Source: Macrostomum lignano
Lineage: Eukaryota
Reading direction: 5' to 3'
Assembly: GCA_002269645.1 (NCBI GenBank)
Contig: NIVC01004688.1
Location: 1 to 38,068, forward strand
Length of the DNA stretch: 38,068 nt
In this document: positions 14,743 through 24,656 of the stretch, piece by piece
How the letters are laid out: each line of letters begins with the position of its first letter
Numbering within the stretch: the first letter of the stretch is position 1
The notes under the pieces: generated by a model
Databases searched by the model: none
What the model was told of the DNA's origin: nothing
Seen by the model: only the letters and a program-made list of their open reading frames with translations
Position numbers and translations under genes: made by a program

Positions 14743-15304
14743 CAGTTGCTAAGAAAAAAACTTATAAAGTAGCTTACTCCCAGGCCTAGCACCCTCGAAT
14801 TAGAAACAGTTTTCATTTTTTCGATGCCCTCAAGAAGACAGGCAAAAAACGATCGATATAATCTTCGCTTGAGCTTCCCCAAGTTTCCTATCTTGAGAAG
14901 AGACACAATTTCATACACTTGCCAAGTAAGGATTTGCTGAATTGCAAATAGCCAAATAGGTATATATTAAGCTTCCTCTTGGCCAAGTTCGTCCAAGACT
15001 TTCCACTCCCCTCTCCAGATGAAAGTTGGCACTAAGAGCCGTGCAAAATTCTCTTTTTACTACTGGCACCCAACCCCAACGAGCTACTCTTAGAGACGCT
15101 TAAAAAATAGAGACCTGTCTTTACTTTCTCTCTTCCATCATCCATCCACAGAATTTACTAGTTCAACTCGCTCGCACACATGCGGACAGCTAAATTACGG
15201 AGCCTAAATTACAGGCAGACTTTCATGTAACTAATAGCAATTTAAACACTTCTCTGCGTCATAAAACTGTTTGACAATGAATCTTCTAGACTCTAAAATT
15301 GAAT

Positions 15305-15440
15305 GAGACAGACGGATAGACAGACAGACAGACAGACAGACGGACACAGACAGACAGACAGAAAGACAGACAGACATACAGACAGACAGACACAGACAGA
15401 CAGACACAGACAGAGAGACAGACAGACAGACAGACAGAAC

Positions 15441-15510
<70 letters not shown>

Positions 15511-15595
15511 TGGACGGACAGACAGACGGACAGACAGACGGACAGACTGACGGACAGACAGACGGACAGACTGACGGACACAGGCACAGACTGAC
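15305..15595. repeat. (GACA)n microsatellite, degenerate
   Basis: Read directly. Confidence 0.95.
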
Positions 15596-16384
15596 AATAC
15601 TTCTCCTTAAAACTGTAAACCCCAAAAGTAGACATAAGAAAGACACAGTAATAATGCACATATAACTACATAGTTATGTGTATATCAATATTAATATTAT
15701 AAGCTTCACAAAAAATTGCGCTGCTGTAAAACCAGGTTGAAGAAAAATAAGAGAGCAACTTTCACAACAGACGCGTTCTCTAAGTGTGACAGCTATAAAT
15801 ATGAATAATAATCTTATATAAAAATATTATATTAGAATCAAGTTATTAGTAATAATAATTATGTTAGTATACTATTAGCAGTAGAAAAAAACTGCAAAAG
15901 TGGTCGCTAAGTGCACAGAATGGAGCAGTGAAAAATGCCATTGATAACACTAAATGATTTATTAGATATTATATACAATAATACAAGCATTATAGGTGAT
16001 GTAATTATTAAATGATGCATAAATCGACACTGAATCAACAGATCAATAAAATAGATGATAACTTGATTGATTGATTGATAGATAAACAGCAAAGCTAAGC
16101 TTTGTATGAAAAATAACTATGGAAAAATATGGTTTGCATATTAGAGAACTGACTGTAAAAACACTTGTCGATACTGTAACATAACACAGGTAGACTTTCT
16201 TGATAGTCACATCCGAGGTTGAAACAGAATTAACACAACAATTAACATTCAGGTAAATATTATATGAAACAAAAATCGTTGCAGAATTTAACTACAAAGC
16301 TTCTGTAGCTTTTCTTCGTTGATCAAACTTTAGAAACACAAAGCTTTAAAGATCTGAGAAGGTCAAAGCGACGCTATAGAAAGA

Positions 16385-17415
16385 TAAAAAACTTCAGAAT
16401 GGAAGATGATAAACTTCATGGAAGAAGAGGATAGACCTTAGAAACGGGGAGAATAAACTTCAGAGGAGGAGGGGATAAACTACAGGGAGAAAGAGGATAA
16501 ACTTCAGAGAGAGAGGATAAACTTCAGAGAGGGAGAGGATAAACTTCAGGGAGGGAGAGGATAAACTTCAGAGGAGGAGGGGATAAACTACATGGAGAAA
16601 GAGGATAAACTTCGGAGAGAGGATAAACTTCATGGAGGGAGGGGATAAACTACAGGGAGAAAGAGGATAAACTTCATAGGGAGAAGTTAAACTTCAGGGA
16701 GGGAGAGGATAAACTTCAGAAGGAGAAGATCAACTCTAGAGTGGGAGGGGATAAACTTCAGGGAGAAAGACGATAAGCTTCAGAGAGGGAGAGAGGATAA
16801 ACTTCAGGGAGGGAGAGGATAAACTTCAGAGGGAGAATATAAACTTTAGAGAGGGAGGGGATAAACTTCAGAGGGAGGGGATAAACTTCAGGGAGGGGAT
16901 AAACTTCAGGGAGGGGATAAACTCCAGGGAGAAAGACGATAAGCTTCAGAGAGGGAGAAGATAAACTTCAGGGAGAAAGAGGATAAGCTTTAGAGGGAGA
17001 AGATAAACTTCAGAGAGGGAGAGGATAAACTTCAGGGAGAAAGAGGATAAGCTTTAGAGGGGAGAAGATAAGCTTCAGAGAGGGAGAGGATAAACTTCAG
17101 GGAGAAAGAGGATAAGCTTTAGAGGGAGAAGATAAACTTCAGAGAGGGAGAGGATAAACTTCAGGGAGAAAGAGGATAAGCTTTAGAGGGGAGAAGATAA
17201 GCTTCAGAGAGGGAGAGGATAAACTTCAAGGAGAAAGAGTATAAACTTCAGAGAGGGAGGGGATAAACTTCAGAGACGGAGAAGATAAGCTTCAGAGAGG
17301 GAGGCGATAAACAACAGGGAGAAAGAGGATAAACTTCAGAGGGAGAAGATAAACTTCAGGGAGAAAGAGGATAAACTTCAGAGAGGAAGGGGATAAACTT
17401 AAGAAAAAGAGGATG
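16385..17415. repeat. Purine-rich ~20-24-bp minisatellite with core GATAAACTTCAG, ~45 copies, downstream of the glypican-like gene
   Basis: Read directly; three-unit higher-order blocks around 16970-17230. Confidence 0.92.
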
Positions 17416-17581
17416 AAAAAATGAAAGAAAAACTGAAAAAGCTGAAAAAAATTAACTATCAAGCAGAACGCACAGAATATTACACTTATTTCACATACAT
17501 TTACAAAATACTTAAAATACCTAAAACATATCTTGTGTTATTCTTCTTGAAAACAAAACAAAAAACCTATTTTGATTTCCG

Positions 17582-18808
17582 TCAGCGCGCAATCCTCAGC
17601 CTGATAGCCGCATAGCCGAGAGCCGCACAGATTAACACGCTAATCGGATTAAACGCTAATCTGGCGCTGGCCGAGTGGCATCTAGACGTATCTGAATAGA
17701 GGCACTCCCTTTGCTGGCCTCGCATAGCAACCATCTGCGGCCCGTGTACGGAGCCTTCGCCGCGATTGCGTACAGCGCCGCCAGAATCTGGCTCGCCATC
17801 GGGATAAGTCTTGGGCAGCCAGAGATCTGGCGGCGGCGGAGCCCGCGGATCGGGCAATGGCGGGTACATGTCGATGATCTGGTTGCCGCCCGGCTGCGGC
17901 GGTCGCTCACGACGTGGCGGCGGCGGAGGCTCCAGGTCCCCAGACGGTTCGACGTCATTGCCGGGATTTACTGGCGTCAACGAAGACGGACGAAAAGGCG
18001 GTGGTATAAGAGTTGGCTTCGAGTCGCCAGACGTTTGTTCGATAATTTTGTTATAATTATTCAAAGATCCATTCGTTATTAAAGTTGGCGGCGCCCCATC
18101 GCCGGAAGAAAGTATCGTAGGCAGCTTCGGAGGAGGAGGCGGCGGAGCTGATCCGCTCGATGTCAAGTCGAAGTATTGTCTACGAAGGCGTCTCCGCCTT
18201 GACAAAGTTAATTCATTTAGAGTCGATAACAGACTCGAGATAGGCAGCGGCCTGCTCAGATAGTAACTAACGGACGGAGGAGCCAAGCAGGGCACTGCAT
18301 TGCACTTGTCAAACAGGCTCTGCCAATTGAGCAGACCGCGAAATGAGCTCAAACAGGCGTTGTAACGAATAGAATTAGCTTTATCAATCACTCGATCCCA
18401 AACTTTAGACAGCTCAAATAGCGGTTTTAAACAGAGCTTTAAATTCGTGGAATTCCAACCGGCATTGACAACAGTTTCTGTGCCAGCTTCACCGCGGCAG
18501 AGGCTACAGAATCCGGAGGATTTTAGATGAACAGTGAGACAATCTGAAGGAGCTGCAGCCGCGGCACTGATAGGCAGCTCTTGTCTGACATAATCCAACT
18601 GGCGATAGTATCGTTTAATACGATTATTGGAGCAAGTATTGGAATTAATCACTGTCAGATGATTGCGCAATAGATCTGCCAATTGTTTGCGAGCAACCTT
18701 AATTAGCGAAGCTTCTAGTTGAGAAGCGCAACATTCACCGCTACAAATTGGTCCGCTTGGTCCACCTTTGACTGAGTCTAGGATGCCTAGGCTGGCAAAT
18801 GCCTGGCT
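17582..18808 (-). pseudogene. Glypican-like GPI-anchored proteoglycan, 3' portion of an intronless CDS interrupted by the LINE
   Basis: SQAFASLG...PICSGECCASQLEASL, DCL...FCSLCRG, LCL...ELSKVWDRVID and LFDKC resemble conserved glypican Cys blocks; RRRRLRR basic site; acidic Ser-Gly sites; hydrophobic C-terminal tail. In frame with the 5' portion across the TSD. Confidence 0.65.
18795..18808. repeat. Target-site duplication, 3'-side copy (GCAAATGCCTGGCT)
   Basis: Identical 14-mer at 24643-24656; bases on both sides differ between the two copies. Confidence 0.95.
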
Positions 18809-18917
18809 TGACTTACTTGACTTAGCTGCAGGGCGGTCCGAAGACGCAGCGGGGAGGCGAGCGTCGCCCATTCCGCTAATCCCTGAAAGACCCGCATAGG
18901 CTAGGGCGCGGGGCCGG

Positions 18918-21900
18918 TCAGGGAGGTCTGCCGGTCCTGTCTGCAGCGTTGTCTTCGGTGGGGAAGACGGAGGCTCGCTTGGTGGCCCGGAGGAACCGGA
19001 TGAGCCGTGGGATGTTCTCGGGCCGGCAAACGTCGTCCAGGGACGGGTTGGGCCCGAGGTGGTTGAGCCGGTCTCGGTTGAAGGCCGGGCAGTAGCAGAC
19101 GAAGTGCATGGCATCTTCATTCTCGAGGCTGCAGAAGGGGCAGAGTTCACTCCGGCGAACACATCGGAGGAAGCAGTGCCTGGCAAAGCAACCGTGACCT
19201 GTGAAGGTCATAGTGAGAGCGCGGATATCTTTTCGATTTTGATTCAAAAGGATTCTCCGCAGCTTGAGGGACGGATTGGGCACTGCCGCACGAGATTGGC
19301 GGCAGTTGGAGATACCATCCCATCTGCGCAAGTGCAGGATGTCCGCCCAGTCGTTAATCTGACGATTAATGACTGTGGCGGGGATGGGGGCCAGGGGCAC
19401 GGGGCCAAGGGGCGAGCCGGAACAGCCCGCCTTAGCGAGGGAGTCGGCGAGCTCGTTACCTTTGAAGCCGGCGTGTCCTGGGATCCACGTGAGCCGGACG
19501 GTGTTCCTCCGAGCCAGCTTGTTGAGCTGCCCGATACAGTCGCGGACTGTTCGGGAGTTCGTAGTGGTGTGACACAGGGCCTGTAAAGCGGCCTGGCTGT
19601 CAGAGTGGAAGAAGATTCTTTTGTCCTTGAAGTCCTTGCGGTGGAGCTCAGCTGCACAGGAGCTGATGGCAAGGACTTCATTCTGGAAGACGCTGGAGAG
19701 TCTGCCAGTGTGTTGGGCGTGAGTAGCAATCACGCGGCCGTTGATAAGGATGCAGACTCCAAAGCCGGATAAACCGTCTTTGGAGGATCCGTCAGTGAAG
19801 CAGTGAACCTCCTGAGGGGCCCAGCTGTCGTTGGCGTTCTCCCTGGAGGGGATCGTGACCTTGAAGCGTTGGTAGAGGTTGAGGGAGCGCGGTTCAGCGT
19901 CCGAAAGGACAGCCGCACTCCCACTCTCCTCCAGAACTTTAAGGCACAGGTCAGAGTGCGGCAGGAGCTTGCGCTTCGCCATCGCTCTTTGTGGCTTGAA
20001 GCTAACACCAGCCTCGATGAGCCGGCGGGTGGTTTTAGCAGCCTCGCGACGGACAAAGATGTCCAGAGGCGGGAGGCAGAGAAAGGCGTTGAGGCCGTCA
20101 AAGGGAGCAGAGAGCGGGGCATTCAGGATCATGCGGCACGCACGTCCCTGCACCTTTTTGAGGGCTTCGTGGCAGGTTTTAATCTGCAAGGCGCTGGTCC
20201 AGACCAGGCCGGCGTATGTAACGGCCGGTCGGACCATTGCGGTATAGATCCACCAGAGACGCTTTGGGGTGAGGCCCCAGGTGGTGCCGACGGCTCTGCG
20301 CAGCTGCGCAAGAATCGCGAGGGCTTTTTTGGTTTTGGCCTGGACGTGGGTGGACCAGCTCAGCCGGTGGTCCAGCGTAACGCCGAGACACTTGGTTTGC
20401 TTGCAGGATGGAATTTCCACTCCGTAAAGCTTTAGTGGGCGAATACGCCAGTTTACCCTGCTGGTGAACATGATCGCGACAGTTTTGGTCTCGGAGAGCC
20501 TGAGGCCGCACCTGTCCGCCCAACGTTCAGCAGAGCGAATGAAGTTTTGCAAAAGATCTCTAAGGGTTTCAGGTGACGGTCCGGATGCCACGGCTGTGAC
20601 ATCATCGGCGTAACCGACCTTGAGGATGGGGTCAAGATGGCTGTCCTGGAGGAGCTCATCGATGACCATGTTCCAGAGAACTGGAGAGAGGACACCGCCC
20701 TGGGGGCTGCCTTTGCAGACGGTTACCGTCCGTTGGTGGCCCAACAGGTGTGCGGTGGCAGTACGGTGGCTGATCATATACATGATCCACCGGGTGAGGT
20801 GCGAGTGGGTTCCTCTAGCACGTAGAGCTCTGTCAAAGGCCTCAAAGAGGACATTATCGAAGGCTCCAACAATGTCGAGGAAGACAGCGAGAGCGTAGCC
20901 ATTACCAAGAACGGCTTTCTCCAGCATGTCAACCAGAACGTGAAGCGCGCTCTCCGTGGACCTGCCTGCCCGAAAGGCATGCTGGTTCTCACTGAGCGGC
21001 TTGTTCTTCAGTTCCACAGAGAGGAGGCGCCAGAGCACCAGTCTCTCTAACAGCTTCACCAATGAGGAGGTGAGGCTAATTGGTCTGAAGGATTTAATGG
21101 ACCGGTAGTCCGGTCGGCCAGGCTTGGGGATAAAGACCACCTTGGCCTCGGTCCAGGATTTCGGAACAAAGCCGAGCACAATGCAGGCTTTCAGAAGCCG
21201 GCAAAGGTTCCGCAGGAAACCGGTGCATTTCACCGCCTCCCGCAGGAAGGCTGGCACAACGCCGTCCGGTCCTGGGGATTTGAAGGGTTTGAAGGAGGAG
21301 ACAGCTTTAGTAACGCGGTCCTCCGTGATGATTGAGTCAGCCAGTACGTGTCCGCCCACTGAGTGGTCAGGGGGGCCGGGCCTAGCTGGCTCGTTCGGGA
21401 AAAACGCTGTTAGCATCGCTTCCAGTGTTTCTCCTGGGTTCTCAGTGAGCGAGCCGTCGGCTCTCTTGACTGAGGAGAGTTTGGACATTTTGTCCAGGGT
21501 GAGGGCTTTAACGATTCTGGAGGTGGGGCGGGAGCCCTCAAGTTCCTCACAGTATTCGCGCCACTTGTTGGTTTTGGCGTTCCTAACCTGCCTCTTGAAC
21601 TCGTGGATAGAGTTCAGGTAGGCGGTTTGGTCGGCCGGGTTTTTAGTTTTTTGGGCCCTGCGGTGAAGCCTTTTGGCTCTGCGACGGAGGTCGCCAAGCT
21701 GCGGGTTCCACCATGGGGCCGACTGTTTGCCTTTATATGCCTTTAGTGGGCATGAGGCTTCGAAGGCAGCAGTGAGCGAGTCCGTAAGTGCGGCCGCAAA
21801 TTCATCTGCTTCTTCGCAGGTGTTGATGGAGACTGGAGCGCTAGTGCAACGATAGGTCTCCTCCAGGGCAAGCCTGAAGGCGGTCCAGTCGGTATTCCTA

Positions 21901-22622
21901 GCATTCCGTTTCCAGTAAAGCTGGCCTGCGTTACGGGCGCTGGCCAGCGTGAAAGAGATGAACTTGTGATCGGAGAGGGACGCCTCAGGAAGCACCCGCC
22001 ATTCCCTAGTGCTCTGGAAGAGCCTGGGCGTGGCGAGGGTGGCATCCAGCACCTCCGATCGGCGTCCGTTATTGAAGGTAGGGGTACTACCCGAGTTACA
22101 GAACTCAAGGGTTGTAGTAGCAATATAAGCCAGGAAGTCTTCACCTCTCTGGTTTATATCAGAACTGCCCCAGTGGGTGTGGTGGGCATTGATGTCACCT
22201 GCCACGAGCAGCTCATAGTTTCTGGTGGAGCAGAGCTCGACCAGTGTGACAAGCTCTACTGGGATCATCTCGCCGTCGCCCGGTAGGTAAACCGAGGCGA
22301 TGAGGGTAGTCCTCCCAGGGAGTATGTCTTCAGACTGGATGACACAGATGTCCCTGGTGGACAGGTCTGATCTGAGCCATGCGTTAATAGAACTGGACAC
22401 CATGATGCAGGATCTTGGTGCCAGGTTTCCCTCCCGGGTACCAGCGGTTAAACACTGGTAGCCGGTGGGGACATGTTGGGGGCTGCCCCTAAGCGTCCAA
22501 GGTTCCTGGATAAGGATAATCCCTGGCACGTATTGGTCAGTGTGCTTCAAGAGGTTGACTGAAGCAGCAATGCTGTGCTGCAGGTTGACCTGCAAGCAGT
22601 GGATGCCCTGGGAGACAGTCAT
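18918..22622 (-). CDS. LINE ORF2 (1234 aa): apurinic-like endonuclease, reverse transcriptase, RNase H, CCHC knuckle
   Basis: APE motifs ILIQEP, SVYLP, AGDINAHH, SDH; RT motifs FRPISL, QHAF, FLDIVGAFD, GSPQGGVLSP, YADD; RNase H motifs FTDGS, QNEVLA, SDSQAA, HAGFKGNELAD; C-terminal CPFC-x7-H-x4-C. Confidence 0.97.
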   Translation of the reverse strand: MTVSQGIHCLQVNLQHSIAASVNLLKHTDQYVPGIILIQEPWTLRGSPQHVPTGYQCLTAGTREGNLAPRSCIMVSSSINAWLRSDLSTRDICVIQSEDILPGRTTLIASVYLPGDGEMIPVELVTLVELCSTRNYELLVAGDINAHHTHWGSSDINQRGEDFLAYIATTTLEFCNSGSTPTFNNGRRSEVLDATLATPRLFQSTREWRVLPEASLSDHKFISFTLASARNAGQLYWKRNARNTDWTAFRLALEETYRCTSAPVSINTCEEADEFAAALTDSLTAAFEASCPLKAYKGKQSAPWWNPQLGDLRRRAKRLHRRAQKTKNPADQTAYLNSIHEFKRQVRNAKTNKWREYCEELEGSRPTSRIVKALTLDKMSKLSSVKRADGSLTENPGETLEAMLTAFFPNEPARPGPPDHSVGGHVLADSIITEDRVTKAVSSFKPFKSPGPDGVVPAFLREAVKCTGFLRNLCRLLKACIVLGFVPKSWTEAKVVFIPKPGRPDYRSIKSFRPISLTSSLVKLLERLVLWRLLSVELKNKPLSENQHAFRAGRSTESALHVLVDMLEKAVLGNGYALAVFLDIVGAFDNVLFEAFDRALRARGTHSHLTRWIMYMISHRTATAHLLGHQRTVTVCKGSPQGGVLSPVLWNMVIDELLQDSHLDPILKVGYADDVTAVASGPSPETLRDLLQNFIRSAERWADRCGLRLSETKTVAIMFTSRVNWRIRPLKLYGVEIPSCKQTKCLGVTLDHRLSWSTHVQAKTKKALAILAQLRRAVGTTWGLTPKRLWWIYTAMVRPAVTYAGLVWTSALQIKTCHEALKKVQGRACRMILNAPLSAPFDGLNAFLCLPPLDIFVRREAAKTTRRLIEAGVSFKPQRAMAKRKLLPHSDLCLKVLEESGSAAVLSDAEPRSLNLYQRFKVTIPSRENANDSWAPQEVHCFTDGSSKDGLSGFGVCILINGRVIATHAQHTGRLSSVFQNEVLAISSCAAELHRKDFKDKRIFFHSDSQAALQALCHTTTNSRTVRDCIGQLNKLARRNTVRLTWIPGHAGFKGNELADSLAKAGCSGSPLGPVPLAPIPATVINRQINDWADILHLRRWDGISNCRQSRAAVPNPSLKLRRILLNQNRKDIRALTMTFTGHGCFARHCFLRCVRRSELCPFCSLENEDAMHFVCYCPAFNRDRLNHLGPNPSLDDVCRPENIPRLIRFLRATKRASVFPTEDNAADRTGRPP

Positions 22623-22624
22623 GT

Positions 22625-24154
22625 CTACTGTCCAGGGGAGGAGAAAAGCAACTCATTCTCAGCCTCATCGGTGAGAGTTGAGTCGCCAATTTCCATTGGC
22701 TCAGGCTCAGCCGCCTCCCCAGCCGCCGCGGAGGCGGACACGGCGCCCACGGCAGGTGAGTCACCTAGCCGCGCTACACCGCCCTCCTCCCCAGCGACTG
22801 GGGTACGGCTGCTGCCTTCGCCTTGCGCCCCGCCGTCGGGAGTCTGAGCTCGGCCGGCAGCGTCCTCCTGGTGGTAATCCCACCAGTTGGAAGGCTGAGC
22901 CGTGCCGTCGTCCAGTTCCCTCGGCTGGCTTTCAGTGTTTTTTCGAGCGGCACGAGTCTGCTCGAGGTGAAGTCTCAGAGACTGAGCTTCGTCAAGTGCG
23001 CGCTGGATTAGACCGGACCGCCGGCTACTGCGGGCGGGTCTACGTCCGCGCGAGGCGGACTCAGCAGCGCGAATAGCCTTGTTAGGCTCGGGATCGGGTT
23101 GCTGCTGCCGCTTGGCCGGCGGGGCATGAGCCCCAGCTCCGGGAGCGGCGCGCTTCCCGTCTTTCTTGGTCTCCACCTTGCCCTCCTCACAGCGGAGGAT
23201 GGTCAGTTGATGGAGACCAAGGTGGAGGTTTGTGCCGTGCGGTAGCCGCTTGGCCCATCCCTCCGTCAGGCCGAGGATGACTGTGGCCCCGGTCGTGCCC
23301 TTGCGGACCGTGCTGTGGTACACAAGACCACTGGCGTCGAGATCCGGGTGCCGCTTGAGCAGGAGCTGCCGCAGCTGCTCCCCGGACTTGATTGCACTGT
23401 CGGCCGGGACCCAAATCCGATGGCGGATGGTCTTCGGCCGCTCGCTCTCCAAGGCGAAGGTCAGCTGGCCCAGGTCGCTGTGCCAGTCGAACTTGGGCAG
23501 CTGATCCCGCAGGAGCTGGGTGCTCTCCTCGGATTTGCACCACAGTAGGATGCACCCGTTCGCCTTGGTGGACTTGACGATGTCCACGAAGACGCCCTCC
23601 AGGGTTAGATTGAGCAAGCCCTCGTCGATGGTACGCCACGCGACGTCGAGCTGCTCGGGCGTCAGGTCGAAATCCCCGCCGAGGATCATCACGGCGGGTT
23701 GCAGCGGCTGCTTGACCTTGGACGCGTAGGACTCGGAGGTCTTGAGCGGGGCCGCTTTGTCTTTGGAAGGCGGTAGGCCGGCAGGGTTGCCCCCCTGAGA
23801 GCCCGAGGACACGGCGGTTCCTGACGGCCCAGCCGCGCCACCGGACTCCCCAGAGGGCCTCCCCGCTGCGGTGGCTCCCGAAGGCCTCACCGCGGCTTGC
23901 GTGCCCTCCTCAGACGCAGCAGCAGCCCGCTTCTCCTGCCGCTTACGGTTGCGGCGGATGTTCCGCTGTCGTCGAGACTCGGCCGTGCGCGGTCGGCTAG
24001 ACTGGCGGCCAGGGTGATCGGCGGCAGCGTCAGCTGGCCCGGTTGGACCAGGTTGGGCGTTGGTGCTACCAGTGGTAGCTACCGGAGCGGCTGATCCCGG
24101 TGAGCCAGAGGCGACCGGGTCAGTTTCTTTAGGGATGGTGGCGTTAGTGGCCAT
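22625..24154 (-). CDS. LINE ORF1 (509 aa), DUF4780-like core flanked by disordered basic and acidic regions, no gag CCHC knuckles
   Basis: Lies directly upstream of ORF2 (TAG-AC-ATG). The core GCILLWCKSEES..LLR..L...W....L.......P....RIWVP resembles ORF1 of LOA/Lian elements (recalled similarity). Confidence 0.8.
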   Translation of the reverse strand: MATNATIPKETDPVASGSPGSAAPVATTGSTNAQPGPTGPADAAADHPGRQSSRPRTAESRRQRNIRRNRKRQEKRAAAASEEGTQAAVRPSGATAAGRPSGESGGAAGPSGTAVSSGSQGGNPAGLPPSKDKAAPLKTSESYASKVKQPLQPAVMILGGDFDLTPEQLDVAWRTIDEGLLNLTLEGVFVDIVKSTKANGCILLWCKSEESTQLLRDQLPKFDWHSDLGQLTFALESERPKTIRHRIWVPADSAIKSGEQLRQLLLKRHPDLDASGLVYHSTVRKGTTGATVILGLTEGWAKRLPHGTNLHLGLHQLTILRCEEGKVETKKDGKRAAPGAGAHAPPAKRQQQPDPEPNKAIRAAESASRGRRPARSSRRSGLIQRALDEAQSLRLHLEQTRAARKNTESQPRELDDGTAQPSNWWDYHQEDAAGRAQTPDGGAQGEGSSRTPVAGEEGGVARLGDSPAVGAVSASAAAGEAAEPEPMEIGDSTLTDEAENELLFSSPGQ

Positions 24155-24642
24155 AGCTGAAAAGCGGGGGAGGGCTACTCGTTATGCGAGTTGAGTACCC
24201 GACTGGCCGACACCTCAAGCCAGCCGGTTTGAAAAAAGGACCGCTAGCGACCGGACTACTCCCCGGCCTTCCAGCCCATCGGCACGGTCAAACACCTTAG
24301 GCATTAGAGGGTACGTTAAGCAGTACCACGGCCTGCAGGCTGGTGAGCCAGACCCGCATACCCAAATTCGGCCGAAGCCACTGGATAGGGTCGCCAGCGC
24401 CGGAGCCCAGTCTGTCCAGCAGCCCTAGGGTCTGCCTTGAACACACGCGGGGACGAGTACCCCTGGGTCGACTTGCGAGACAGCGTGGGGGAGTCTGCGG
24501 CTGCCAGAGGCAAATAGAGGGTGCAGACCTCCCACCAGCCTTGACCTGCTGAAGATGGGGGCAGGCGTGAAGCATCGCAGACCTTAGCTCGTAGGCCTAG
24601 TCTGTCTCATACTTCACTGGCATGCTGAATACGCCTTCGCGT

Positions 24643-24656
24643 GCAAATGCCTGGCT
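24643..24656. repeat. Target-site duplication, 5'-side copy (GCAAATGCCTGGCT)
   Basis: Identical to 18795-18808. Confidence 0.95.

Larger units (their letters stand above)
18809..24642 (-). mobile_element. Full-length non-LTR retrotransposon (LINE, LOA/Lian-like, RNase H-containing), 5,834 bp
   Basis: 488-nt 5' UTR, ORF1, 2-nt spacer, ORF2, 109-nt 3' UTR ending in a short tandem tail (TAAGTCAAG)2 rather than poly(A); perfect 14-bp TSD; both ORFs uninterrupted. Confidence 0.95.

Noticed and set aside
19059-24094. Numerous antisense and alternative-frame ORFs within the LINE
   Set aside because: Expected shadows of GC-rich coding sequence; no independent motifs
24155-24642. HDV-like, hammerhead, twister or pistol ribozyme in the LINE 5' UTR
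   Set aside because: TCCCCGC-type loops are present but lack a properly paired P3/P1; no CUGANGA/GAAA core; needs a covariance-model search
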